Below, in pieces: positions 47,846 to 56,748 of a DNA stretch of 64,000 bases. The stretch spans positions 1,201-65,200 of the forward strand of contig DATJID010000058.1 of assembly GCA_035493515.1 (NCBI GenBank), written 5' to 3'. This DNA is from Candidatus Binataceae bacterium (GTDB lineage: Bacteria > Desulfobacterota > Binatia > Binatales > Binataceae). Position 1 is the stretch's first letter. Each line of letters opens with the position of its first letter. The notes beneath the pieces are model-generated. The model saw nothing but the letters and a program-made list of their open reading frames with translations, was not told the DNA's origin and made no database searches. Position numbers and translations under genes: made by a program.

Positions 47846-49387
47846 ATGGCGTCTAGAAAATCCGGAGCTCGGATCCTGGCGATTGTCGCTTTGACGGCGG
47901 TCGTCCTCGTGATGGCTATAATGACAGCAGCGCCTAGGGCGTTGGCAGACGACGCTGAGGTGCAGGCCAAGGCGCTCAAACAAGTCGAACGCGAGTTGCG
48001 CCAATTGCGGGCGGATCGTGCTCGCGACCGCAAACTGATCGAGAAGCTCGAAGAAAAGCTCGACCAGGTGCAATCGCAGGACAGCCAGATCCGCACCACC
48101 AATCAGCAGCTTCAAACCAGTACCAAGCAACTGCAGAACAGTAATCAGCAGTTGCAGACAAAAACTGACGAGCAGCTGAAGCAAATTCAGGCCGAAGTAG
48201 CAGAAGGGCCCTCTGAGCGGCAGTTTGCGAAAGCGATCGGCGGCTACATGGGGACGCATCAATTCACGCTGACCGGCGCGGCGGCAGGAGACTTCGTTTA
48301 TGATCGGCAGAACGGTCAGAACACCTTCGCTCTCACTTTCGAACCGTTGATGCTCTATCGTCCGAAGGATTGGCTCTTGTTCGAAGGAGAATTTGAAGCT
48401 GCGTTCGATCCAGGGTCCGGCGCTTCCTTTGACGCTCCCGTCGCCACCGCTCAGATATTCCTCAACGACTACATGGAGATAGTGCTGGGCATCTTCGACC
48501 AGCCATTCGGCGACTGGTTCGAAGATCAAGGACCACTGTGGGTAAACCGCTTCATCACCGCGCCGCTTCCTTTCGGGACCGCTGCGCTGGTGCCGCCGTC
48601 GGATATCGGGATGCAGTTGCGCGGCGGCTATCAATGGGGTCAGCTCGGGCAGGATGCCGACTACACGGCTTGGGTAGCCAACGGGCCGAGCTATGATTCC
48701 TCGTTGCCGCAGCCGACCATCGGACAGGAACTCAACGGTGTCAATAACATCACTACAAACACCAACGGCAAAGCTTACGGGGCGCGGCTGCGCTTTTATC
48801 CATTCCCGCTCGACAGCAAATTGGGCCGGCTAGAACTCGGGGCGTCGACCTACAACGGGAAGTGGCAAAACGGCCTGTGGCTCAATGCCTGGGACGTGGA
48901 CTTCGCGTATCGTCGGGGGAACCTCCAAACGCGCGGAGAATACATGGAGGCCTACAGGCAGATGCCGGCTGGATCCGGTCCTGACAATCGCCAAGGGTGG
49001 TACTTCCAGGCCGGCTACTTCCTCACCGGCTTGCGGCTTCCCTTCCTCAGCAGAGACCTCAACAGCTATCTGAGCAGGCTGGAGCCGCTAGTGCGCTACT
49101 CCGGGGTCAACCAGCGCGCGGTGGTTGCCGAAGAGATCTCCACCACGCCAGGTCTCGGCTTCAATGGCTCGCCCTCGATTTTTGCTCCGCATGCGCGCGA
49201 GGTTGCACTCGGCCTCGATTACTGGATAGCGCCATCGATCGTATGGCAGACCGAGGTCGATTTCGAGCTGCCCCGTGCAGGCGGCACGCTCTACTCGTTC
49301 AACGGCGAGAGCACACCAAGCGCAAGCAGCGTGGGCGCCACGCCCAACGACCGCGCAATCCTGACTCAGTTTGCGGTCGGCTTCTAA
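47846..49387 (+). CDS. Outer-membrane porin (phosphate-selective porin O/P-like) with an N-terminal Gln-rich coiled coil
   Basis: Signal peptide MASRKSGARILAIVALTAVVLVMA. Coiled coil with QQLQ repeats. Alternating beta-strand pattern. Terminal ...LTQFAVGF (C-terminal Phe). Internal ATG with GGAGGGGGAG upstream. Confidence 0.7.
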   Translation: MASRKSGARILAIVALTAVVLVMAIMTAAPRALADDAEVQAKALKQVERELRQLRADRARDRKLIEKLEEKLDQVQSQDSQIRTTNQQLQTSTKQLQNSNQQLQTKTDEQLKQIQAEVAEGPSERQFAKAIGGYMGTHQFTLTGAAAGDFVYDRQNGQNTFALTFEPLMLYRPKDWLLFEGEFEAAFDPGSGASFDAPVATAQIFLNDYMEIVLGIFDQPFGDWFEDQGPLWVNRFITAPLPFGTAALVPPSDIGMQLRGGYQWGQLGQDADYTAWVANGPSYDSSLPQPTIGQELNGVNNITTNTNGKAYGARLRFYPFPLDSKLGRLELGASTYNGKWQNGLWLNAWDVDFAYRRGNLQTRGEYMEAYRQMPAGSGPDNRQGWYFQAGYFLTGLRLPFLSRDLNSYLSRLEPLVRYSGVNQRAVVAEEISTTPGLGFNGSPSIFAPHAREVALGLDYWIAPSIVWQTEVDFELPRAGGTLYSFNGESTPSASSVGATPNDRAILTQFAVGF

Positions 49388-49391
49388 AGGA

Positions 49392-49682
49392 ATGAAAGCG
49401 ATGACTGGAAAGCATCTTGCAAAAATCCTCGCGCTCGCAATCGCCGGGCTGACGCTCTCGGTCGCCGCCATGGCCGAAGAAAGCAAAACCGAAAAGCAAC
49501 AGATGTTTCTGGATGGTGCACGTCTGTGGCCCGTGTACTGCTCGCAATGCCATAACGCGCGCCCTGGATCGGAGTTTTCTCCCGCGCAGTGGGACATCAT
49601 CATGATGCACATGCGTACACAGTCGAATATGCCCGCGAAAGATGCGCGGGCAATCAAGGAGTATCTGAAGGGTGGCCGCTGA
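49392..49682 (+). CDS. Small periplasmic mono-haem cytochrome c
   Basis: Signal peptide plus CSQCH. Confidence 0.8.
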   Translation: MKAMTGKHLAKILALAIAGLTLSVAAMAEESKTEKQQMFLDGARLWPVYCSQCHNARPGSEFSPAQWDIIMMHMRTQSNMPAKDARAIKEYLKGGR

Positions 49683-49731
49683 AGAATGGCGACGCATGGC
49701 GAACTCATTCAAGGGAAGGCATATAAAGGGT

Positions 49732-50100
49732 ATGAAGATGATCGCTCGTCCGCTAGTCATTTCGGCTCTTGTTGTTGCACTCACCGCTATCTCATTTGGA
49801 ACAGACTACGCCCAGGATGATATCCCGGTCGCCACAACATTCCAGGTCTATTGCTCGCGCTGTCACGGAGACAAAGGGCAAGGTGACGGAGCGGATGGCG
49901 CGACCTTGTCGCCCAAACCGCGCGATTTTACCGACTGTGCGCTCATGAACAAGATACCCGACGCGACGATCGTAAAGGCGATCAAGAATGGCGGCGCCTC
50001 GGTCGACCTCAGCCGTGACATGCCAGCCTGGGGTGAAGAGCTTAAGGACAAGAAAATCAACGCGCTGGCTGCCTACGTCCGCACCTTCTGCCACAAGTAG
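49732..50100 (+). CDS. Periplasmic mono-haem cytochrome c (paralogue A)
   Basis: Signal peptide, CSRCHG, a DMPAW Met-ligand region, and an extra conserved Cys pair (DFTDC...RTFCHK). Confidence 0.8.
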   Translation: MKMIARPLVISALVVALTAISFGTDYAQDDIPVATTFQVYCSRCHGDKGQGDGADGATLSPKPRDFTDCALMNKIPDATIVKAIKNGGASVDLSRDMPAWGEELKDKKINALAAYVRTFCHK

Positions 50101-50128
50101 CGGACCTCGGATACAAGGAGACGATACT

Positions 50129-51052
50129 ATGGTTCCGCTAATTTCCGGTTTGCCGGCAAAGCCGCGATATATCTTGCACCGCGCTGCCAGGACCGCCGCG
50201 CTCGCGATGCTGGTCGTGGCTGCAACGGCCAGCCTGCCGCGTTCCGCGCATGCCTCGGAGAAAAGCTTCATGCTCACGGCGGAAAGAAAGCGGGTGAGCG
50301 TGGGCGGCGGATTGACCTACAACGCGTGGACCTACAATGGAACGGTGCCGGGACCCGTTCTGAAGGTTATGCAGGGTGATGAAGTGAAGATCGACCTGAT
50401 CAACCACACCAAGGATGCCCATGGGATAAACGTTCACGCGGCGCAGATATCGCCGCAACACTTCGACGGCGACCCGATGAAATCCGTTAGCTACAGCTTT
50501 CCAGCAGATGTCCCCGGCGTTTTCGTCTACCACTGCACCGCGGCGCCCATCCTCGATCACATCGCCAGCGGCATGTATGGGATGATGATCGTCGAACCGA
50601 AGGCCGGATGGCCCGACGGAAATGCGCAGGAGGTCACGATCGTGCAGGGCGAATTGTACGGCCTCCCAGACGCGCACGGATTCATCGTGGGATCCCATGG
50701 CAAAATGGTCGAGGCCCGGCCCGATTTCGTCGTGTTCAACGGAGCACTGCACAGATACGACGTCGAACATCCCATCGAAATCAAGGTTGGGAAGCTGGTT
50801 CGCGTGTTCTTTGCCAACGCCGGCCCCAACCTCACCTCCGCCTTTCACGTCACCGGCGCACTGTTCGACACAGTGTACAAGAGCGGCAACCCGGCCAATG
50901 CGCTGCATGGTCTGGATACTCTCGAGGTTCCTCCAAGCGACGGTGCGGTCTTCGAGTTTCGTGTTACCGAGCCCGGTGACTACCAGTTTATGGACCTGAA
51001 CCGGGCGCAACAGTATAAAGGCGCCAATGGAGTCTTTCGGGCCACGCCGTGA
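50129..51052 (+). CDS. NirK-like two-cupredoxin-domain copper protein (copper nitrite reductase family, atypical)
   Basis: AAGGAG 8 nt upstream and a Sec signal. HGINVHAA, VYHCTAAPILDHIASGMYGMMIV (type-1 Cu Cys/His/Met loop) and FVVFNG...SAFHVTGALFD. Confidence 0.8.
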   Translation: MVPLISGLPAKPRYILHRAARTAALAMLVVAATASLPRSAHASEKSFMLTAERKRVSVGGGLTYNAWTYNGTVPGPVLKVMQGDEVKIDLINHTKDAHGINVHAAQISPQHFDGDPMKSVSYSFPADVPGVFVYHCTAAPILDHIASGMYGMMIVEPKAGWPDGNAQEVTIVQGELYGLPDAHGFIVGSHGKMVEARPDFVVFNGALHRYDVEHPIEIKVGKLVRVFFANAGPNLTSAFHVTGALFDTVYKSGNPANALHGLDTLEVPPSDGAVFEFRVTEPGDYQFMDLNRAQQYKGANGVFRATP

Positions 51053-51127
51053 TTACGATCGATCGTGTGGAACTGTCGACGTGACCGAACCCGGAAGCTC
51101 AAATGACTCAAGGAATGAAGTTGCCGC

Positions 51128-51484
51128 ATGTTGAAACTCCTCGTGGCCGCGCTCATCGGTGCTGTGGCGTGCACCGCACTAGCAGCGACACCGGCTTGGA
51201 CCGACAGCGCCGAAGAAAACTACGTGACCTACTGCGCGAGATGCCATGGGGAGGACGGGAACGGCGATGGCCCTTCGGTGGCCTCGCTGAAAATCACGCC
51301 GCAAAGCTTCAGCAGCTGCGCCCAAATGTGGAAGATCTCCGACGAGACAATGTTCAAGGCAATCAAGGGCGGCGGCGCCTCGGTTGGCTCGTCCGGCGAC
51401 ATGCCGGGCTGGAGCGTGGACCTCAGCGATGACGAAATTCACGACCTGGTGAATTACGTCCGCACTTTCTGCAAGAAGAAATAG
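51128..51484 (+). CDS. Periplasmic mono-haem cytochrome c (paralogue B)
   Basis: Signal peptide, CARCHG, DMPGW, and the same extra Cys pair (SFSSC...RTFCKKK). Clearly alignable to the 49732 product. Confidence 0.8.
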   Translation: MLKLLVAALIGAVACTALAATPAWTDSAEENYVTYCARCHGEDGNGDGPSVASLKITPQSFSSCAQMWKISDETMFKAIKGGGASVGSSGDMPGWSVDLSDDEIHDLVNYVRTFCKKK

Positions 51485-51639
51485 CGACACCCGGTGCCGG
51501 CGCGGCAACCCATAATTTTAGCTGCAATCGTCCTGTGCGCGCTTGAGCACAGTCGGCGCTTCGGATAGCTTCACCCGGACGGCCGCTGCCGATTTCTGCC
51601 AAAGCCACCGGCAGGCCATTTCAAGGGAGGAAATTTCTG

Positions 51640-52158
51640 ATGAGTGTTATCAAGTATCTTGCCGCCGGCGCGGCTCTCGCGATGTTCTGCACGCTCGGCG
51701 TGGTTCATCCCGCAGCGGCGCAAACCGGCTCGGCCGCAGGCAAAACGCAGCGGCAGCTGGATATCGCGGCCGCGCGCGCAGACCGCAAAGCGATTGTCGG
51801 CGCAAATATGAATCTAAGCGAAGCGCAGGCCAAAGCGTTCTGGCCGCTCTACGACGCTTACGAGGCCCGCATGGATAAGCTCGACGATCGTCATGCCGCC
51901 GAGGTCAAAGCCTACGCCGAGCACTACCAGACGCTGACCGACAAGGATGCCTCGAACAAGCTCGACGAAGTGATAGCGATCAAGCAGGCGCGCCTCGACG
52001 TGCAGAAGGAATTTGTGCCCAAGTTCCGCGCCGCCACCGGGTCGATCAACACAACCCGGTTTTACCAGATTGATAACAAGCTGAGCGCGATGATTCAGTG
52101 CGACATCGCGCAGATCGTTCCGCTCGCCCGTCCGGGCACCAAGACCGCGAACGAGTAG
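51640..52158 (+). CDS. Periplasmic helical protein, possibly Spy/CpxP-like (LTXXQ-type)
   Basis: Signal peptide. The helical repeats include LSEAQAKAFWPLYDAY. GGGAGGAAA upstream. The functional call is weak. Confidence 0.45.
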   Translation: MSVIKYLAAGAALAMFCTLGVVHPAAAQTGSAAGKTQRQLDIAAARADRKAIVGANMNLSEAQAKAFWPLYDAYEARMDKLDDRHAAEVKAYAEHYQTLTDKDASNKLDEVIAIKQARLDVQKEFVPKFRAATGSINTTRFYQIDNKLSAMIQCDIAQIVPLARPGTKTANE

Positions 52159-52167
52159 ACCGCGAAC

Positions 52168-52206
52168 GAAAAGCGCGCCGCGGCGTAACCCGCGGCGCGC
52201 CCTTTC
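52168..52206. terminator. Bidirectional rho-independent terminator candidate
   Basis: Perfect 11-bp stem GCGCGCCGCGG / CCGCGGCGCGC with a 6-nt loop, flanked by GAAAA and CCTTT. It lies between convergent operons. Confidence 0.6.
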
Positions 52207-52379
52207 GTCCAGCGCCTCGAACACGCAGGCGGGCGGCGGCGCCACCCGCCAAGTCAGACCATGGAGGGCGAATCTGCACGTGCGTCCTCGCCTGATGTGG
52301 CGGTGTACCTGCCGCGCGATTATCAGACGCGCAAACCCCGCGCGGTCCAAAGTCCGCTCGTCGTCTGTAAGTCAGGCGC

Positions 52380-52907
52380 TCAGGTTTTAGCGCCCAGCCG
52401 AATCGCCGTAGTGCAGTGATAGGCGAAGTTCTTCGCGCCGAAGCACCAGATGATGTCGTTATCCAGCTGCGGCCGGTAGATCGGCACCTGCCCCTTATTG
52501 TTGTCGCAGAAGCAGCGGTTGCATACGTCCTTACCGCAGCAGTCACGGTACGCAATGATGTATTCCTTGCCGTCGGTCGGATGCTGGCACGTCCCCACCC
52601 ACGAAGTTGGCGACGCCACCGTGCCCGGCGGGCACGAGGTCAGCGCTCCACCGCAGCAACTGCACAGGTAGCCGTCGAAGCCGCAGTAGCGCCAGTAATC
52701 GCAACTCGTGAGATCGCCGCCCTCGCCCTCTGCCGCGGCCCCGTTCTCACCGCTCATCTGCGCGTGCGCCTGCTCGACCACGCGGTTGATCGGCAACAGC
52801 GGGATCATCATCCCACCGACCAACGCCTTGCCCAGGTAGCCGAGAAAGCCGCGCCGCGAGGTCCGCTGCGCCACCGTTCGTGAAAGACGTTCTACCAGTC
52901 GATCCAT
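52380..52907 (-). CDS. mauA: TTQ-type amine dehydrogenase small (light) subunit, MauA/AauA-like
   Basis: TAT leader TSRRGFLGYLGKALVGG. CDYWRYCGFDGYLCSCCGG..CPPGT..SWVGTC..YIIAYRDCCGKDVC..CFC...DNDIIWCFGA..YHCT is almost collinear with known methylamine dehydrogenase light chains. This includes both TTQ tryptophans as I recall them (SW, IIW). AGGAGA upstream of the ATG at 52907. Confidence 0.9.
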   Translation of the reverse strand: MDRLVERLSRTVAQRTSRRGFLGYLGKALVGGMMIPLLPINRVVEQAHAQMSGENGAAAEGEGGDLTSCDYWRYCGFDGYLCSCCGGALTSCPPGTVASPTSWVGTCQHPTDGKEYIIAYRDCCGKDVCNRCFCDNNKGQVPIYRPQLDNDIIWCFGAKNFAYHCTTAIRLGAKT

Positions 52908-53051
52908 TCGCCGTCTCCTGTTTCGCGGGTGGCGCCGGATTTCCACCAGGCCGTTTCCCGGCGCTCCCCTGTTCCTGCCAATAGCACCGCCCGTTGCGCG
53001 ACGCCAGTCGCGCCCGCGTGGGACCTCAACTGGTCGCGTGTTCAGCAGCTA

Positions 53052-54206
53052 CTACAGCCCGAACAACGTGTAAGGGTGCTGGCTGACCTCGTTGACCGTG
53101 CCCAGGTATCTGCCTTTGAGCGCAGAGAAAATTTGCAGCTTCGACTCGCTTGTCACCAGCGCGAACAGCAGCGGGTTGTCGTCCTGGCTGACCTTGATCG
53201 CATTGGACTGCAAGGGCATCGGAATCCTGGCGACGCGCTTATGATCGTTGACGTCGTACACCCAGACCTCCGGACCGGCCGACTTTTGTGTCCACTCGCC
53301 GCCCTGATGCATCAGTACGAAAATCAGGTGTCCTGGCGTATAGCCGGCGACCGGCTGCCAGCCGCCTGGCCGCCAACCTTCCTTCTTCTCCGCATCGCTC
53401 AGCATCGACCACCTCTCTGCCGGCTCCGCCGGACTCACGCCGAGGTCCATCGGATAGACCATGCCATGGTAGCTGACGAAATAGGCTTTTTTGTCGATCA
53501 TCGCCGGCAACTGAAAGACCGGGTCCTTCTCGACGTCGAAAAACGGCTTGGCCGTGCGCTTTTGCGAAGTCGTCTTGGCGCTGTCGTCGAAGTCAGTCGT
53601 CAGCATCGAGCCATCGGCGCATACAGAGGCGAATTGGCGATCGCCCAGAATCAATATTTCGGAGCAGCCCGGCGTCTGAATCTCGCCGGCCACCTTCTTG
53701 CCGTCGAGGTCGACCGCAGTGACCGAGGTCGCGGGAGTCAAATTCAGCAGCAAGACAAAGCGCCCGTCAGGCGTCACGCCCATCGAACTCGGATCGGCCA
53801 GCGCGAGCTGACGTTTGCTGGTGATTGGAATCTCGCCAATTCGCGACAGATGAGTAGCGTCGTAGATCGACAGTACGTCTGTGCGATCGCCCTGCGTGCC
53901 GCGCGAATAAAAGGTATCCGCCAGGTAGAAAAATTTGTGGTCGGGTGACGGCGCGAACATTGCGGCCAAACCGCCCGAAAGGTTGCCGAGTACTTTGTGC
54001 GTATCGCCGTCGATCAGCACGATCGGCGTCATCATTATGGAACCTGATAACGGAGTCATGGTCGCGATCCAATGCGGCGAATAGGCCGGCAGTTGCAAGA
54101 CCGTGACTTGTTCATTGGGTGGCATCTGGGCGAGCGCTCCCGGGCCGCCGCGTCCCATCACGACCATGAGGATTGCGAGGAAAAGGAATCCCAACCTTTT
54201 AGTCAT
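53052..54206 (-). CDS. mauB: Amine dehydrogenase large (heavy) subunit, MauB/AauB-like beta-propeller
   Basis: Signal peptide. DTFYSRGTQGDRTDVLSIYD, GVTPDGRFVLLLNLTPATSVTAVD, the Cys pair GCSEILI...SVCADGS, and GWRPGGWQ. Confidence 0.9.
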   Translation of the reverse strand: MTKRLGFLFLAILMVVMGRGGPGALAQMPPNEQVTVLQLPAYSPHWIATMTPLSGSIMMTPIVLIDGDTHKVLGNLSGGLAAMFAPSPDHKFFYLADTFYSRGTQGDRTDVLSIYDATHLSRIGEIPITSKRQLALADPSSMGVTPDGRFVLLLNLTPATSVTAVDLDGKKVAGEIQTPGCSEILILGDRQFASVCADGSMLTTDFDDSAKTTSQKRTAKPFFDVEKDPVFQLPAMIDKKAYFVSYHGMVYPMDLGVSPAEPAERWSMLSDAEKKEGWRPGGWQPVAGYTPGHLIFVLMHQGGEWTQKSAGPEVWVYDVNDHKRVARIPMPLQSNAIKVSQDDNPLLFALVTSESKLQIFSALKGRYLGTVNEVSQHPYTLFGL

Positions 54207-54207
54207 T

Positions 54208-54243
54208 CCAGTTCTCCTGCCAGTTCTCCCGCCAGTTCTCGTA
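54208..54243. repeat. 12-bp tandem repeat x3 abutting the mauB start codon
   Basis: CCAGTTCTCCTG, CCAGTTCTCCCG, CCAGTTCTCGTA. On the mRNA strand each unit carries a (G)GAGAACUGG Shine-Dalgarno-like core. Confidence 0.7.
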
Positions 54244-54455
54244 CATTCTTTAGGTCGCGCGCGTGCTCCTGAACATCGCGCTCAGCAAATCTAACGCGGT
54301 GCAACGTATCTTTAGACCGGACACCCGGTGGGTGCGACGTTTCGCGAAGATCGATGCCGTAGCCGCACTCGAACGCTGCATTGGCAGAAGTGAGAAGCGA
54401 CCGTCGCGTCGCCGGCTTTCGGCGAGAATTGAATATTCCCGACGTGACCAATCTT

Positions 54456-55664
54456 TTATTCGGAAACCGCGCATCTTTCCAGACCTGCGCGCTTCGCGAG
54501 AAATGGCCTCGGCCCGCGCATGCCCAGGAACCGCCGTTCGATCAAATAATAATGCAGTGCTGCCGCACCCACCGAGCCGAGAGTCAAAAGCGCAAGCATC
54601 GGGAGATAGCGGGCGGGCTCGATATACCCTGCGGAAAAGCGGAGCTTGGCCTCCAAACCCGTAAGCAACGGCGCGTGAAACAGGTACACACCGTATGAAA
54701 TGCGTCCAAGGTGGACGAGCGGACGGGTGGCCAGCACTCGCGCAATCCAGCATTGCGGCTGGAGGAAAATCGCGAGCAGCAGAGTGCTCGACGCCATCGC
54801 CATAACGGTATAGCCGAAAGTCTCGGTGCGCCATCGATACTCGGTTACCCACCCGATCGTGCCGAGCATACCCAGCAGCGCCATCGTCGGAAACCAGGCC
54901 GCGGACTCCAGCCGGCGCCATAGATCCTGCAGCCGCGACTCGCGCACCAGCAAGGCCAGCGCGCATCCCACCAGGATCGCGTCGATTCGCGTATCGGTCG
55001 CGTAGTAGATCCTGAAGAAAGAGGCCGTCGAGGGCGACGCCAAATGTCCGCGGTTCATCCACAGATACCACCCGGTTCGATACATGGCGACCGCTACAAT
55101 CGCTACCAGCGCCATGCGAAGAACGCGCCGCAGTCCCCAGCGTTTCATCACTGCGGACCACGACAGGTAGAAATGCTCCTCCACACATAGCGACCAGAAA
55201 TGGCTGACGCCCCAAGGCCAGATCGCGGTAGCCGCCATCCAGATATTGAGCGTGTATGAAAGAAACAGCGGCCACAGGTCTGCCAGCCGGTAGGATTGAT
55301 TCCCTTGGGCAATTTCAAACAGACGCGAGCCCGCGAGCACTAACACGATGGTCGAAAGATACGCCGGCAGCAGCCGCAGCGTCCGCGCGCGATAAAACCG
55401 CCCGAGACTGACCGTACCCGTGTTTTCGACCTCAACCGCCAGTATCCAGGTGATCAGGAATCCGCTCAGGATGAAAAACATGTCGACGCCGTACCAGCCG
55501 CGGCGGCGTATCGCCTCGAGCCACGGATGACCGGTCGGAGCCGGCATGTGAATGAATAGCACGGCCGCGATACAGATTGCCCGCAGACCATCGAGGCTGG
55601 GCACGTAACGATGCTCGCGTCCAATCACTGCGTCGCCTCGATTCGTTGACCTCGTCATCACCAT
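54456..55664 (-). CDS. Acyltransferase family 3 (OafA-like) integral membrane protein
   Basis: LDGLRAICIAAVLFIHM...WYGVDMFFILSGFLITW, with multiple TM segments. Internal ATG chosen. Confidence 0.85.
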   Translation of the reverse strand: MVMTRSTNRGDAVIGREHRYVPSLDGLRAICIAAVLFIHMPAPTGHPWLEAIRRRGWYGVDMFFILSGFLITWILAVEVENTGTVSLGRFYRARTLRLLPAYLSTIVLVLAGSRLFEIAQGNQSYRLADLWPLFLSYTLNIWMAATAIWPWGVSHFWSLCVEEHFYLSWSAVMKRWGLRRVLRMALVAIVAVAMYRTGWYLWMNRGHLASPSTASFFRIYYATDTRIDAILVGCALALLVRESRLQDLWRRLESAAWFPTMALLGMLGTIGWVTEYRWRTETFGYTVMAMASSTLLLAIFLQPQCWIARVLATRPLVHLGRISYGVYLFHAPLLTGLEAKLRFSAGYIEPARYLPMLALLTLGSVGAAALHYYLIERRFLGMRGPRPFLAKRAGLERCAVSE

Positions 55665-55912
55665 GGCCGCTCGTTTGCGGCGTAGCGTGGTTTCACCCGT
55701 GCATCGGCGCGATGACTCGAGCCGCGCGAAAGTGGCAACTCTGCTGGTCGCGAAATTATAAATTATCGTCGCAGGCTTCACGAACGGCTAGGCCAAATCC
55801 GGGGCGTCTAGATATTGACGCCGGAGAGCCCCGGAATCCTTTAGAACCCGCTCGAAACGCAGTTCGGGTACCTTCCCGAATCTACAGCCAGTAGGAAGTT
55901 TCTACTTTAAGT

Positions 55913-56569
55913 TCATAGTTTCCCGGCAATCCAGATCGCGTGACCGACGACGTTGACGTTATCGGCGGCGACGACTGTCGGCTCATAGGCTGGGTTATCG
56001 TTGCGGACGATCAGTTTGCCATCGGGGCGGCGCTGGATACGCTTTATCGACAGTTCACCACTCGCCCGCAGCACATATACCCCATCGTGACGAAACCGCG
56101 GATCCCGCAGGTCGACCAACACCAGATCGCCTTCGTCGATCGTAGGCGCCATCGAATCGCTCACAGCTTCGACCAGCAAAAGACTCTTCGGATCGATTCC
56201 GATACGGCGCCGAATCCATTCGGCCTTGAACGCCAGATAGTCAACTATCTGGCGGCTTTGCACGGTGCCGCGACCGACCGTGCTGCGCACTGAATTGTGC
56301 GGCAGATATACGTACTCCGTCGATTCCGGTCCTCGCGCTTCGCCTTTGGGTTCGTCCTGCCCCGTCGCCAGCCACTCGATAGAAACCCGCGCCGCGCGCG
56401 CCAAATTGACCAGACTGATCATGCTCGGCTGCCCGCGGCCGGAGACCCATTTGTAGATCGCGTTGTCCGAAACCCCAACCGCCCGCGCGAGATCAGCAAC
56501 CGATCCGAACTGCTGCATGATAAGGCGCAGGCGACGGCGGAATTCCTCCTCTCCTACTGTAGTTGACAT
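55913..56569 (-). CDS. CI/LexA-like repressor (XRE HTH + S24 peptidase)
   Basis: LARAVGVSDNAIYKWVSGRGQPS (HTH). AVSDSMAPTIDEGDLVLVD and ELSIKRIQ (Ser/Lys dyad). Confidence 0.85.
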   Translation of the reverse strand: MSTTVGEEEFRRRLRLIMQQFGSVADLARAVGVSDNAIYKWVSGRGQPSMISLVNLARAARVSIEWLATGQDEPKGEARGPESTEYVYLPHNSVRSTVGRGTVQSRQIVDYLAFKAEWIRRRIGIDPKSLLLVEAVSDSMAPTIDEGDLVLVDLRDPRFRHDGVYVLRASGELSIKRIQRRPDGKLIVRNDNPAYEPTVVAADNVNVVGHAIWIAGKL

Positions 56570-56748
56570 CTTTCTCCTACTGTGGGATAAATATCGATGG
56601 CTATATTTGCTGGATTCGTTCGCTAAGCGGTTTTTATGGGCTATTTTCGCCGCCCGCTGCCAGATTTAGCGCTTTTTGTCCCCAAACAGTCGTTAACTCC
56701 TGCCCGCCGTCGGGATCTCGCGTCCCATATCGATTCATACACGGCACC

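Noticed and set aside
47459-48634. 391-codon minus-strand ORF
   Set aside because: It is antisense to the porin gene and its upstream spacer. It has no recognisable motifs and is Arg-rich low complexity.
52929-53948. 339-codon + strand ORF
   Set aside because: It is antisense to the MauB-like propeller gene, which has strong family motifs.
54250-55275. 341-codon minus-strand ORF overlapping the acyltransferase
   Set aside because: It is an alternative frame of the same strand. The 54456-55664 frame carries the acyltransferase-3 motifs and TM pattern.
56589-56608. AAATAT-N8-ATATTT inverted repeat 20 bp upstream of the CI-like repressor start, as a possible operator
   Set aside because: The half-sites are short and AT-only, and only one copy is visible. 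It is plausible but unsupported.
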